From Verrucomicrobiota bacterium (GTDB lineage: Bacteria; Verrucomicrobiota; Verrucomicrobiia; Limisphaerales; SIBE01), in contig JAIPJX010000001.1 of assembly GCA_021733945.1 (NCBI GenBank), positions 3,707 to 67,706 on the forward strand: a stretch of 64,000 bases of DNA, written 5' to 3'. The translations under genes and the position numbers were made by a program. This document shows, piece by piece, positions 40,331 through 48,426 of the stretch. Every line of letters starts with the position of its first letter. Position 1 is the stretch's first letter. The notes below the pieces were generated by a model. It was given only the letters and a program-made list of their open reading frames with translations, was not told the origin of the DNA and did not search any database.

Positions 40331-43300
40331 TTACGGCGCAGCCGTTCTGGCGCGGAAGAACCGCTGCGACCCGCTGGGAGTCACGGTCTGTGGGCTGTTG
40401 CTTTCCGTGGCCAGCTGGGTCCACGGTCCGTTGATCGCCGCGGCGCTTTCGAGCGTGCCCGTGAATTCGATCACCAGAGCACCGCCGGCACCCCGGGCGA
40501 AGGTCAACGTCGGCCAGACAAAGCCCGGCTGGAGCAGCGCCCCCGCCCGATACGCCCCGATCGACAACGGATCCGAAGCGTCGTTGATCAGATGCACCCC
40601 TTCCTTCGAGGAGGTGAAGAGTTCGAGCAACGGTGCCGCCTCCTGATTCGAATCGCTCTGGAACCAGAGGATCCGGACCGGATAATACCCGGTGGATGCC
40701 GCAACGACATCAAACGAAAGCGTGCGTCCGTAGTAGCCCGGAATCCGGTCGTTCACACCGCCGGAATCGTCGAACAATCCGAGCACCGGACCAGCCGGAG
40801 TAAAGCCTGCGTTGGCTTTGTACCCGCCTTCGGTGTGCAGACCGATCTTGTAATAACCTTCCCCCAGGTGCAGGTAGGTCATGATTTCAATGACGTCGCC
40901 CTGCATGGCGGAAACAAGGCCGGTGAGATTCGGGATGGGACCGTCCCCGGGAAACCGGTCGGTCTCCGGTTCCTGCTCCGGCGCGAGACCGAACCAGTTG
41001 ATCACTCCCTCGGCCGTGGCGGGCGTTACCTTCCATTCGAAACCAAAGGCGGGATCGGCTTCATTGTAATAGTTCCGACCGAGCGTCGCGTTGACCAGCT
41101 TGCCGGCAATCTGCTGCTCGGCGAGGTCGGCCCGATCCTCGTGAACCGCGGGCACCTCGGATTGTTCGGAACTGATCTGCGTGGTGTTCACCACAAACCC
41201 GCGCTTCGAAGTGTCCAAGGTGCTCAAACGCCCGAGGGCCGGCAACACCGTGTACGGACCAACCGCCAGGGGGAACTCCTGCGATTCGCGCTTTCCACCC
41301 ACTTCAACGGACAGAGCCACGGTATGCAGCCCCGTTGGCAACAGGACCGGGTTCTTCGCGGTGATCAGGGTCACGGCCCCCTGCTTGGAAGCGGACGCGG
41401 TGACCGATTGCCCGTCCACGGAAGCCTGCACCGATGCGGGGTTCGCCTGAAGATCCGCCGTGTCGCTGAGCTCGATCTCAAATCCGTAGGCGTTTCCACG
41501 GAACGCAGCAGCCAGGCTGATCCCGGTGTTTTCGCTCAACGTGATGACACCGGACTCCATCCAGTCCACCGCCCATCCGTCCGATGCACCCTCCTGGAAG
41601 GCGGAAAACGCGATGGTCTGCCCGGGCGTCAGTCCCAGCGCCGCAAGCGGCAGACGCGCTTCCATCGAATCACCCTGACGAGTAAACTCGAAGTCGACCA
41701 GCAGCGGATTCTCGTCGTCGGCAGGGTCAAACACGGCGATGCCGTTGGCTTTGCCGTCGCGCCAGCCGACCTGAACAAAAAGCTCGGACCCAATGGCGCT
41801 CGCCACCTGGGTCGGATTGCCTTCATACGAATCATTGAAAAAACTGCCCGTCGCCGGGTCGTTGTCCGTGTCCAGCATCCAGTGATAGTAGTAGCGATTG
41901 GACTTGCCTTCGGGAGTCTCTTCCACGGACGGGAGAATCGTGCCGTAAACCGCCATGCGCAGCACCAGATCGCCACCGTCCAGGGTTGCTTCAATCCGTT
42001 TGATGTCGCCGCTCGAATCGGCCAGATCCTGCGGATCATCGACACCCACAACCGGTGCCTGCGACGATGAGACCGGTTTCAGCGCAATCACCGCGGATTC
42101 CGCCCAGTCGACCGCCCATCCATCCGAGGCCCCTTCCTGGAAGGCCGACAACGCAACAATCTGCCCCGGCGCGAGACCCAGAGCCGCGAGCGGAAGCACG
42201 GCCGTGAGTGTATTGCCACTCCCCTGGTACCGGAACCCGACCAGCAACGGATTTTCGTCATCCGCCGGATCGTACGCAGCGACCCCATTGGGTTTGCCGT
42301 CGCGCCAGCCCACCTGGACAAAGAGCTCGGCTCCGATCGGCCGGGTCACCCCGGTTGGATTGCCCTCGTAGGAATCGTTGACGAAACTGCCCGTGGCCCG
42401 GTCGTTGTCGGTGTCCAGCATCCAGTGGTAGTAGTAACGGTTGGTTTTCTCCGCCGGTGTCTGCGCGGCCAGCGGCGTCGCCACACCCTGAACGTTCATC
42501 GACAAATAAAGGCTGTCTCCAAGGACGTACGCGCCCACGCCCCGAATATCACCGCTGCTGTCCCCCAGATCCGATGGATCGGCTATCGCCGCGATCTCCG
42601 CGGCCGGCCCCTTCAGGGTGACCTTCCCGGATTCCATCCAATCCACCGCCCATCCATCCGATGCGCCTTCCTGAAAAGCCGAAAGGGAAATTGTCTGACC
42701 CGGTGCCAGCCCCAGGGACCGCAAAGGAATCGTTGCCGTCAGGGTGTTTCCACTGGCCTGGAAAGGGAAATCGGTCACCAGTGGATTCTCATCATCCGCC
42801 GGATCGTAGGCGGCCACGCCATTCGGTTTGCCGTCACGCCAGCCCACCTGAACGAACAACTCAGCTCCGATTGGCCGCGCAACGCCGGTTGGATTGCCTT
42901 CATAGGAATCGTTGACAAAACTGCCCGTGGCCCGGTCGTCGTCCGTGTCCAGCATCCAGTGATAGTAGTAACGGTTGGTTTTCTCCGCCGGTGTCTGTTC
43001 CGCCGAGGGTGCCGCAACCCCCTGAACGGTCATCCAGAGATTCAAATTGTCTCCGATCACATACGCGCCAACACTCCGGATATCGCCGCTGCTGTCGCCC
43101 AGATCCCCGGAATCCGGGATGGAAACGCCCGGAACCTCGGGTCCTTTCAGGCTCAGCGTGGCCGACTCCATCCAATCCACAGCCCAGCCGTCGGACGACC
43201 CCTCCTGGAAGGCGGACACGGCTATCGTCTGCCCCGCGACCAGACCGAGTGACTGCAGCGGGATCATGGCGCTGATGGTGTTTCCGCTGGCTTGAAAGCT

Positions 43301-43792
43301 GAAATCCGTCACCACCGGATTTTCGTCGTCCGCCGGATCGTAGGCGGCGACCCCGTTGGGTTTGCCGTCGCGCCAACCGACCTGCACGAATAATTCGGCC
43401 CCAACAGGTCGGGCGACTCCGGTGGCGTTGCCCTCATACGAACTGTTGACGAAACTCCCCGTGGACGCATCGTTGTCCGTATCAAGGATCCAATGATAGT
43501 AATACCGGTTGTTCTTGCCCTCCGGTGTCTGACCCATCGAAGGTGCCGCCACCCCTTCCACGGTCATCGACAGCTGGAGCATGTCACCGAGCACGGAGGC
43601 GTGGATTGCACGAATATCGCCACTGCTGTCGGCCAGGTCCTGCGGATCCATCACACTCGCGGATTCCTCCGCGCCCACCGACGACCAGGTCATCGGCAGG
43701 GTAAGCAGGGACACTACACAGCAGGCGCGGATCAGCGTTCGCACGCCCCGTTTTCGTTTTGTAGAGGTTAGTTTCAAGTGGGTTTTTCTCAT
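40331..43792 (-). CDS. Secreted protein with four tandem ~178-aa repeats of an unassigned module, Ig-like and PA14-like regions, and a conserved C-terminal motif
   Basis: Signal peptide (ATG at 43792; an in-frame GTG at 43807 is also possible). Four copies of D-x-x-DL-x-DSSGDI...NRYYYHW-x-LDTD-x-D...GAELFVQVGWRDGKPNG...AFQEG-x-SDGWAVDW. The tail reads ...GTLESAAAINGPWTQL...RFFRAR. Confidence 0.85.
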   Translation of the reverse strand: MRKTHLKLTSTKRKRGVRTLIRACCVVSLLTLPMTWSSVGAEESASVMDPQDLADSSGDIRAIHASVLGDMLQLSMTVEGVAAPSMGQTPEGKNNRYYYHWILDTDNDASTGSFVNSSYEGNATGVARPVGAELFVQVGWRDGKPNGVAAYDPADDENPVVTDFSFQASGNTISAMIPLQSLGLVAGQTIAVSAFQEGSSDGWAVDWMESATLSLKGPEVPGVSIPDSGDLGDSSGDIRSVGAYVIGDNLNLWMTVQGVAAPSAEQTPAEKTNRYYYHWMLDTDDDRATGSFVNDSYEGNPTGVARPIGAELFVQVGWRDGKPNGVAAYDPADDENPLVTDFPFQASGNTLTATIPLRSLGLAPGQTISLSAFQEGASDGWAVDWMESGKVTLKGPAAEIAAIADPSDLGDSSGDIRGVGAYVLGDSLYLSMNVQGVATPLAAQTPAEKTNRYYYHWMLDTDNDRATGSFVNDSYEGNPTGVTRPIGAELFVQVGWRDGKPNGVAAYDPADDENPLLVGFRYQGSGNTLTAVLPLAALGLAPGQIVALSAFQEGASDGWAVDWAESAVIALKPVSSSQAPVVGVDDPQDLADSSGDIKRIEATLDGGDLVLRMAVYGTILPSVEETPEGKSNRYYYHWMLDTDNDPATGSFFNDSYEGNPTQVASAIGSELFVQVGWRDGKANGIAVFDPADDENPLLVDFEFTRQGDSMEARLPLAALGLTPGQTIAFSAFQEGASDGWAVDWMESGVITLSENTGISLAAAFRGNAYGFEIELSDTADLQANPASVQASVDGQSVTASASKQGAVTLITAKNPVLLPTGLHTVALSVEVGGKRESQEFPLAVGPYTVLPALGRLSTLDTSKRGFVVNTTQISSEQSEVPAVHEDRADLAEQQIAGKLVNATLGRNYYNEADPAFGFEWKVTPATAEGVINWFGLAPEQEPETDRFPGDGPIPNLTGLVSAMQGDVIEIMTYLHLGEGYYKIGLHTEGGYKANAGFTPAGPVLGLFDDSGGVNDRIPGYYGRTLSFDVVAASTGYYPVRILWFQSDSNQEAAPLLELFTSSKEGVHLINDASDPLSIGAYRAGALLQPGFVWPTLTFARGAGGALVIEFTGTLESAAAINGPWTQLATESNSPQTVTPSGSQRFFRARTAAP
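41528..43648 (-). repeat. Four tandem in-frame coding repeats, period ~534-543 bp
   Basis: Repeat units start at protein residues 54, 232, 410 and 591 (numbered from 43807). Long identical peptide blocks and clearly alignable DNA between units. Confidence 0.85.
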
Positions 43793-44026
43793 AGAGCATC
43801 CTTTCACAACTGCATCCCTCTCCTTGACGCGCGCGCCAACGAATTGGTGACAGCGAGTTTAGGTCATTTTGCAGGTATCTCGAAACAATTTTCGTCAACC
43901 CCACCACTTCTGGACTGTGTTCGGACGTTGGGACGAAGCGCAGTGCGATTTTGTATGGGTGTGGAGATGTCCTCGTTGTGCGGATTCCTCGCTGCCTGCA
44001 GTGGAAGTGATTGAGATTCTGAGAGA

Positions 44027-44250
44027 GTGTTTGTGGCTTTGCCGCCCGGAGTTTCAGAAGGATTTGCGCCTTCACGCAAAACCAAAGCGGCGTCGGCGCT
44101 GCGCTCTGCCGCACGCACTCCAAAACACCGTCGTTCTTCGGACCCCATCCCCTGGAATCCATCCCAACTCCAAAAATCAATCCCTTCGCTCCCACAAACC
44201 CGCCGCCCTGTGGAGTGCGGCGGCAGAGCGCAGCGCCGACGCCGCTTTGG
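44027..44250 (+). repeat. Interspersed repeat family 1, copy C, with an added inverted arm forming a long hairpin
   Basis: Same blocks as copies A and B. In addition, 44082-44121 pairs with 44212-44250 (31 perfect bp, a 1-nt bulge, then 8 bp). Confidence 0.65.
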
Positions 44251-44504
44251 ACACTTCCCACAAAAAACGACAGGGTCCTCCCCATACATTCCAGTGTCAA
44301 AAACGAAGCACTCCCGATTCCGTATCCACCGCCCCTGCCGGAGGCAGGAACCCGCTCCAAGCAGACTGCCCCAATTCCGAACCCCCTAACCCAAGGGCAA
44401 TGCGGTTCGCACAACCCTGCCCGTTCCCAACCAAATGCGAGAGGATCGAGCTTCTCCGATTCCTGACAAAGCCGACGGATGGACAGGGATGATACTCTTG
44501 CTCC

Positions 44505-47500
44505 GTGAAAAGTCAGGATTTCGAAGTCTGGTCCGGCACCGTTCAACAGGCCTTGGCGCTGGCGATCTGCCTGCTGACCTTCGGCTGCGGAGAGTCCGCG
44601 ACACCTGTTCGGACCGGTGTTGACGCCGCCAGGAAGGAGAACCCCGGACCACTGATCCGATCCACCGAACTCAAACCCTCCGTTGTGCCTGGTCCGAATG
44701 CGCCCCTTTTCGAATCCCTGTCCGCACAACAAACCGGCGTTGCGTTCGTGAACCCACTGCTGATCGATCATCCCCTGAATGCCCTCAACGGATCCGGGTT
44801 CGTGTGCGGCGGTGTTTGCATCGGGGACATCAATGGCGATGGGCGTCCGGATCTCTATCTGATCAGCGGATCCGGACGAAACCGTCTCTACCTGCAGAGC
44901 GGCGATGTTCAATTCACCGACGCAACCGATGCAACGGGAGTGGACGGCGGAGAGGCGTGGGGTGCGGGGGGGGCGTTGGTGGATATCGACAACGACGGAG
45001 ATCTGGACATTTACGTGTGCAACTACGACTCACCGAATCAACTTTACATCAACGACGGCACTGGCGGGCGCTTCATGGAATCGGCCAGGCAATACGGGCT
45101 TGATGTGGTGGATTCGAGCCTGATGCCGACCTTTGCGGACTTTGACAACGACGGGCATCTGGATCTTTTCCTGCTGACAAACCGGTACTATCGACCGGAA
45201 GGGCGTCCGAACCGGCCGCCGGTCGGGTTCCAGGGGGGGAAACCCCACATACTCCCAGAGTTTCAGAAGTATTACGGCCTCCGGCAGGTGGGGCCGGGCA
45301 ACTACACGGCGGACACCTGCGGGCGTCCCGATTACCTCTTCCGAAACAACGGAAACGGAACGTTTTCGAACGTGACCGCGCGCGCGGGAATCCGAGAGCC
45401 CGGACACGGCCTTTCAGCCACCTGGTGGGATTACAACAACGACGGCTGGCTCGATCTGTATGTTGGCAATGATTTCACGGATCCGGATCATCTGTATCGG
45501 AACAACAAGGACGGCACCTTCCTCGATGTGATCGCCGACACGCTGCCCATCACCTCATGGTCCACGATGGGTGCCGATTGTGCTGATCTCAACAACGACG
45601 GTCGGCTCGACTTCATGAGCGCCGACATGGCGGCAACCACCCATTACAAGGCCAAAATCACCTCGGGAGACATGGGCGATCGTCGGTGGTTCCTCGAAAA
45701 TGCCTGGCCGCGGCAGACGATGCGCAACACGGTTTTTCTCAACACGGGAACGGACCGGTTTCAGGAGGTGGGTTTTATGACCGGACTTGCCGCAACGGAC
45801 TGGACCTGGGCGGTGAAACTCGCCGATTTCGACAACGACTCCCGGGTCGATGTGTTTGTAACCAACGGCTCCTCGCGCATGGCCACGGACGCGGATTTCC
45901 CGGTCAACCCGGGCATGCTCATCGGTCGCACCGAATGGGACCTTTGGAAGGACAAGCCCACCCTGAAGGAACAGAACCTGGCGTTCCGCAATGAAGGGAA
46001 TCTGCGTTTCTCCAATCAGAGCACTCCATGGGGACTGGATCACGTCGGAATGAGTTACAGCGCCGCATGCGGGGACCTCGATGGAGACGGAGACCTCGAT
46101 CTCGTGGTCGCAAACCTCGACGAGCCGGTGGCGGTCTACCGGAATCGCGGACACGATCAACACCGCATCGTGATCGAACTGCGTGGCACGGCCAGCAACC
46201 GGTCCGGGATCGGCGCTGTCGTCCGGCTCCACACTGCTTCGGACGGACCTCAGATCCGGCAGATGAACCCTGCCACGGGGTTTCTCTCATCCAACGAACC
46301 GGTCATTCACTTCGGCCTCGGAAAATCGGCAGCCATCGACAAACTTTCCGTTTCCTGGCCGTCGGGCCGGATCCAGGAATTCGAAGGGCTCGTTTCGGAC
46401 CAAAGGTATGTGATTACTGAACCTGGGGACGACACACTCGCGGCCACACCGAAAGGCAGCGCCGCCCCCCCGCAGTTCACGGACGTGGCGCACGAGACGG
46501 GGCTGCGCTTCGAACACCGCGAAACTCCCTTCGACGATTACGCGCGGCAACCCCTGCTGCCCGGTAAACATTCCCAACTGGGCGGCGGCATGGCCTGGGG
46601 CGACGCGGACGGAGACGGCGATGAAGATCTGTTCGTGTCCGGAGCGGCCGGGCAGGCTGGCCGCCTGTTCCTTCGGCAGCCCAACGGACGATTCACTCTC
46701 AGTGCGCTGGCGACCCGGGTGTTTGAAGCCGACAAGGCGTTCGAGGACATGGCACCGCTCTGGTTTGATTCCGACAGCGACGGCGACATGGATCTCCTGG
46801 TCACCAGCGGCAGTGTGGAAGGGGAGGAGACCGATCCCAAACTCGAGGATCGCCTCTATCTCAACGACGGCAAAGGAGGGTTTCGGCGCGCCTCGGCGGA
46901 TGTGTTTCCTGGTGCCCGGATCTCCAGCGGGGTGGCGGTCGCCGGCGACATGGATGGCGACGGCGATCTGGACCTGTTCATCGGCGGCCGGGTCGTTCCC
47001 GGACGGTATCCCGAAACACCCGAGAGCCGGTTGCTCCGCAATGAGGGCGGTGTGTTTTCCGACGTCACCGACACTCTCGCACCCGGGCTTAAACGCGTGG
47101 GTTTGGTCACCGGCGCTCTTTGGTCCGATGCCAACGGCGACGGCGCGCTTGATCTCCTGATCACCTGCGAATGGGGCCCCGTTTATTGTTTCATCAACAC
47201 CAGCGGTGTTCTTCAAAATCAAACCCGTGAATCCGGACTGGCCGATCGAACCGGCTGGTGGAATTCCATCACCGGTGCGGACGTCGATCAGGACGGGGAC
47301 ATCGATTTTTTCGTCGGCAACGTCGGACTCAATACGAAATACGGCGAACCGAGCGCATCAAAACCCGCCGTCCTGTTCCACGGGGACATGGAAGGCAATG
47401 GAATCAAGCGGATCGTCGAAGCGAAACCCCATTCGCTGGGACTGGTCCCCGTTCGCGGGCGGAGTCATACTGCTTCGGCGATGCCTTTCGTGGCGGAGAA

Positions 47501-48260
47501 ATTTCCAACGTACCGGAGTTTCGCCTCCGCCTCCCTTGCGGCGATCTACACCGAGAAACAACTCGGCGAAGCGCTACGACTCGAGGCCGTTCATTTTGAA
47601 TCAGGCCTGCTGATGAACGACGGACACGGAAGGTTTGCATGGCGCTCGATCCCGCGACTGGCACAGAGCTCGCCGGGTTTTGGTGTCGTCGCCACGGAGA
47701 TCGACGGGGACGGTCGGGTCGACATCCAGATGGTCCAGAACCTGTACAGCCGGGAGCCCGAGACCGGACTTTGGCGTGGCGGCATCGGGGTGACATTGAT
47801 TGGAGGCCAAACCGGCTTTCACCTCGCCGAAGCCGATCAGACGGGACTGGTGGTCGCCGGTGATGCCAAGGGATTAACCGTCGCGGACTTGAATCTCGAC
47901 GGATGGCCGGACTTTGCCATCACTCAAAACAACGGCCCCCTGCTTGCCTTTCAGAACCGCGGCAACCCGGGCGTCAAACCGCTTTCAATCCGGCTGGCCG
48001 GTCCGATCGGGAACCCCACCGGGATCGGATCCCGGGTCCGCGTGTCCCATGCCGACGGAACCACACAGACTGCGGAAATCTACGGAGGCAGCGGCTACCT
48101 GTCCCAATCCACCGCAACCCTCTTTTTCGGCAGGGCCAAAAGCCCCATCACCTCGGTGCAAACCCGTTGGCCCGACGGCCGCGTGACCACCACGAGCCTG
48201 AGCGCCGGGCAGGACCAATTGATCATTCCGCCTTCTCCTGAGAGCGTGTCTGAAAAATAG
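44505..48260 (+). CDS. CRTAC1/ASPIC-UnbV family lipoprotein with two FG-GAP/VCBS + UnbV_ASPIC modules (1251 aa)
   Basis: GTG start and lipobox LLTFGCG. Many DxNxDGxxD FG-GAP loops (DINGDGRPDLY, DIDNDGDLDIY, DFDNDGHLDLF). Two UnbV-like ends (SGIGAVVRLHT...VSWPSG and GIGSRVRVSH...TRWPDG). Confidence 0.9.
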   Translation: MKSQDFEVWSGTVQQALALAICLLTFGCGESATPVRTGVDAARKENPGPLIRSTELKPSVVPGPNAPLFESLSAQQTGVAFVNPLLIDHPLNALNGSGFVCGGVCIGDINGDGRPDLYLISGSGRNRLYLQSGDVQFTDATDATGVDGGEAWGAGGALVDIDNDGDLDIYVCNYDSPNQLYINDGTGGRFMESARQYGLDVVDSSLMPTFADFDNDGHLDLFLLTNRYYRPEGRPNRPPVGFQGGKPHILPEFQKYYGLRQVGPGNYTADTCGRPDYLFRNNGNGTFSNVTARAGIREPGHGLSATWWDYNNDGWLDLYVGNDFTDPDHLYRNNKDGTFLDVIADTLPITSWSTMGADCADLNNDGRLDFMSADMAATTHYKAKITSGDMGDRRWFLENAWPRQTMRNTVFLNTGTDRFQEVGFMTGLAATDWTWAVKLADFDNDSRVDVFVTNGSSRMATDADFPVNPGMLIGRTEWDLWKDKPTLKEQNLAFRNEGNLRFSNQSTPWGLDHVGMSYSAACGDLDGDGDLDLVVANLDEPVAVYRNRGHDQHRIVIELRGTASNRSGIGAVVRLHTASDGPQIRQMNPATGFLSSNEPVIHFGLGKSAAIDKLSVSWPSGRIQEFEGLVSDQRYVITEPGDDTLAATPKGSAAPPQFTDVAHETGLRFEHRETPFDDYARQPLLPGKHSQLGGGMAWGDADGDGDEDLFVSGAAGQAGRLFLRQPNGRFTLSALATRVFEADKAFEDMAPLWFDSDSDGDMDLLVTSGSVEGEETDPKLEDRLYLNDGKGGFRRASADVFPGARISSGVAVAGDMDGDGDLDLFIGGRVVPGRYPETPESRLLRNEGGVFSDVTDTLAPGLKRVGLVTGALWSDANGDGALDLLITCEWGPVYCFINTSGVLQNQTRESGLADRTGWWNSITGADVDQDGDIDFFVGNVGLNTKYGEPSASKPAVLFHGDMEGNGIKRIVEAKPHSLGLVPVRGRSHTASAMPFVAEKFPTYRSFASASLAAIYTEKQLGEALRLEAVHFESGLLMNDGHGRFAWRSIPRLAQSSPGFGVVATEIDGDGRVDIQMVQNLYSREPETGLWRGGIGVTLIGGQTGFHLAEADQTGLVVAGDAKGLTVADLNLDGWPDFAITQNNGPLLAFQNRGNPGVKPLSIRLAGPIGNPTGIGSRVRVSHADGTTQTAEIYGGSGYLSQSTATLFFGRAKSPITSVQTRWPDGRVTTTSLSAGQDQLIIPPSPESVSEK

Positions 48261-48370
48261 GAACCGCAGAAGGTCCACTTCTTCAACTGCCAAACCGGTC
48301 CGTTTCCAGGGCAGTTGGAGCCTCGTCACCCCGGCTCCTACCTGGAATGAGAGTTTTCAGACACCCTCTT
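48240..48370. repeat. MITE-like repeat family 2, copy 1 (terminal inverted repeats GTGTCTGAAAA / TTTTCAGACAC)
   Basis: A perfect 11-nt TIR (48246-48256 vs 48354-48364), extendable to 17 nt with 2 mismatches. The core aligns in reverse complement to 58499-58560. The left TIR contains the last four codons and the stop of the upstream CDS. Confidence 0.6.
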
Positions 48371-48383
48371 CGACGCAAGCGAA

Positions 48384-48419
48384 GTGCAACCTTTTGTTGC
48401 AGGTGCAACAAAAGGTTGT
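48384..48419. repeat. 36-nt nested palindrome, copy 2 (GTGCAACCTTTTGTTGCAGGTGCAACAAAAGGTTGT)
   Basis: Differs from copy 1 only at one central base. It lies 7 nt from the stop codon of the 958-aa minus-strand gene. Confidence 0.8.
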
Positions 48420-48426
48420 ACCGGGG

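Noticed and set aside
41528-43648. Regular ~534-bp periodicity, considered as a possible CRISPR-like or satellite array.
   Set aside because: The period is far too long for CRISPR and there is no repeat-spacer alternation. The repeats are in frame within one long ORF that encodes a conserved protein module.
43864-44492. ORFs of 141 aa (minus strand) and 207 aa (plus strand) in the 697-bp gap between the repeat-protein gene and the CRTAC1-like gene.
   Set aside because: Both are read through repeat family 1 and its inverted arm. The peptides are the Ala/Arg/Pro-rich translations seen at every repeat copy, with no start context or motifs.
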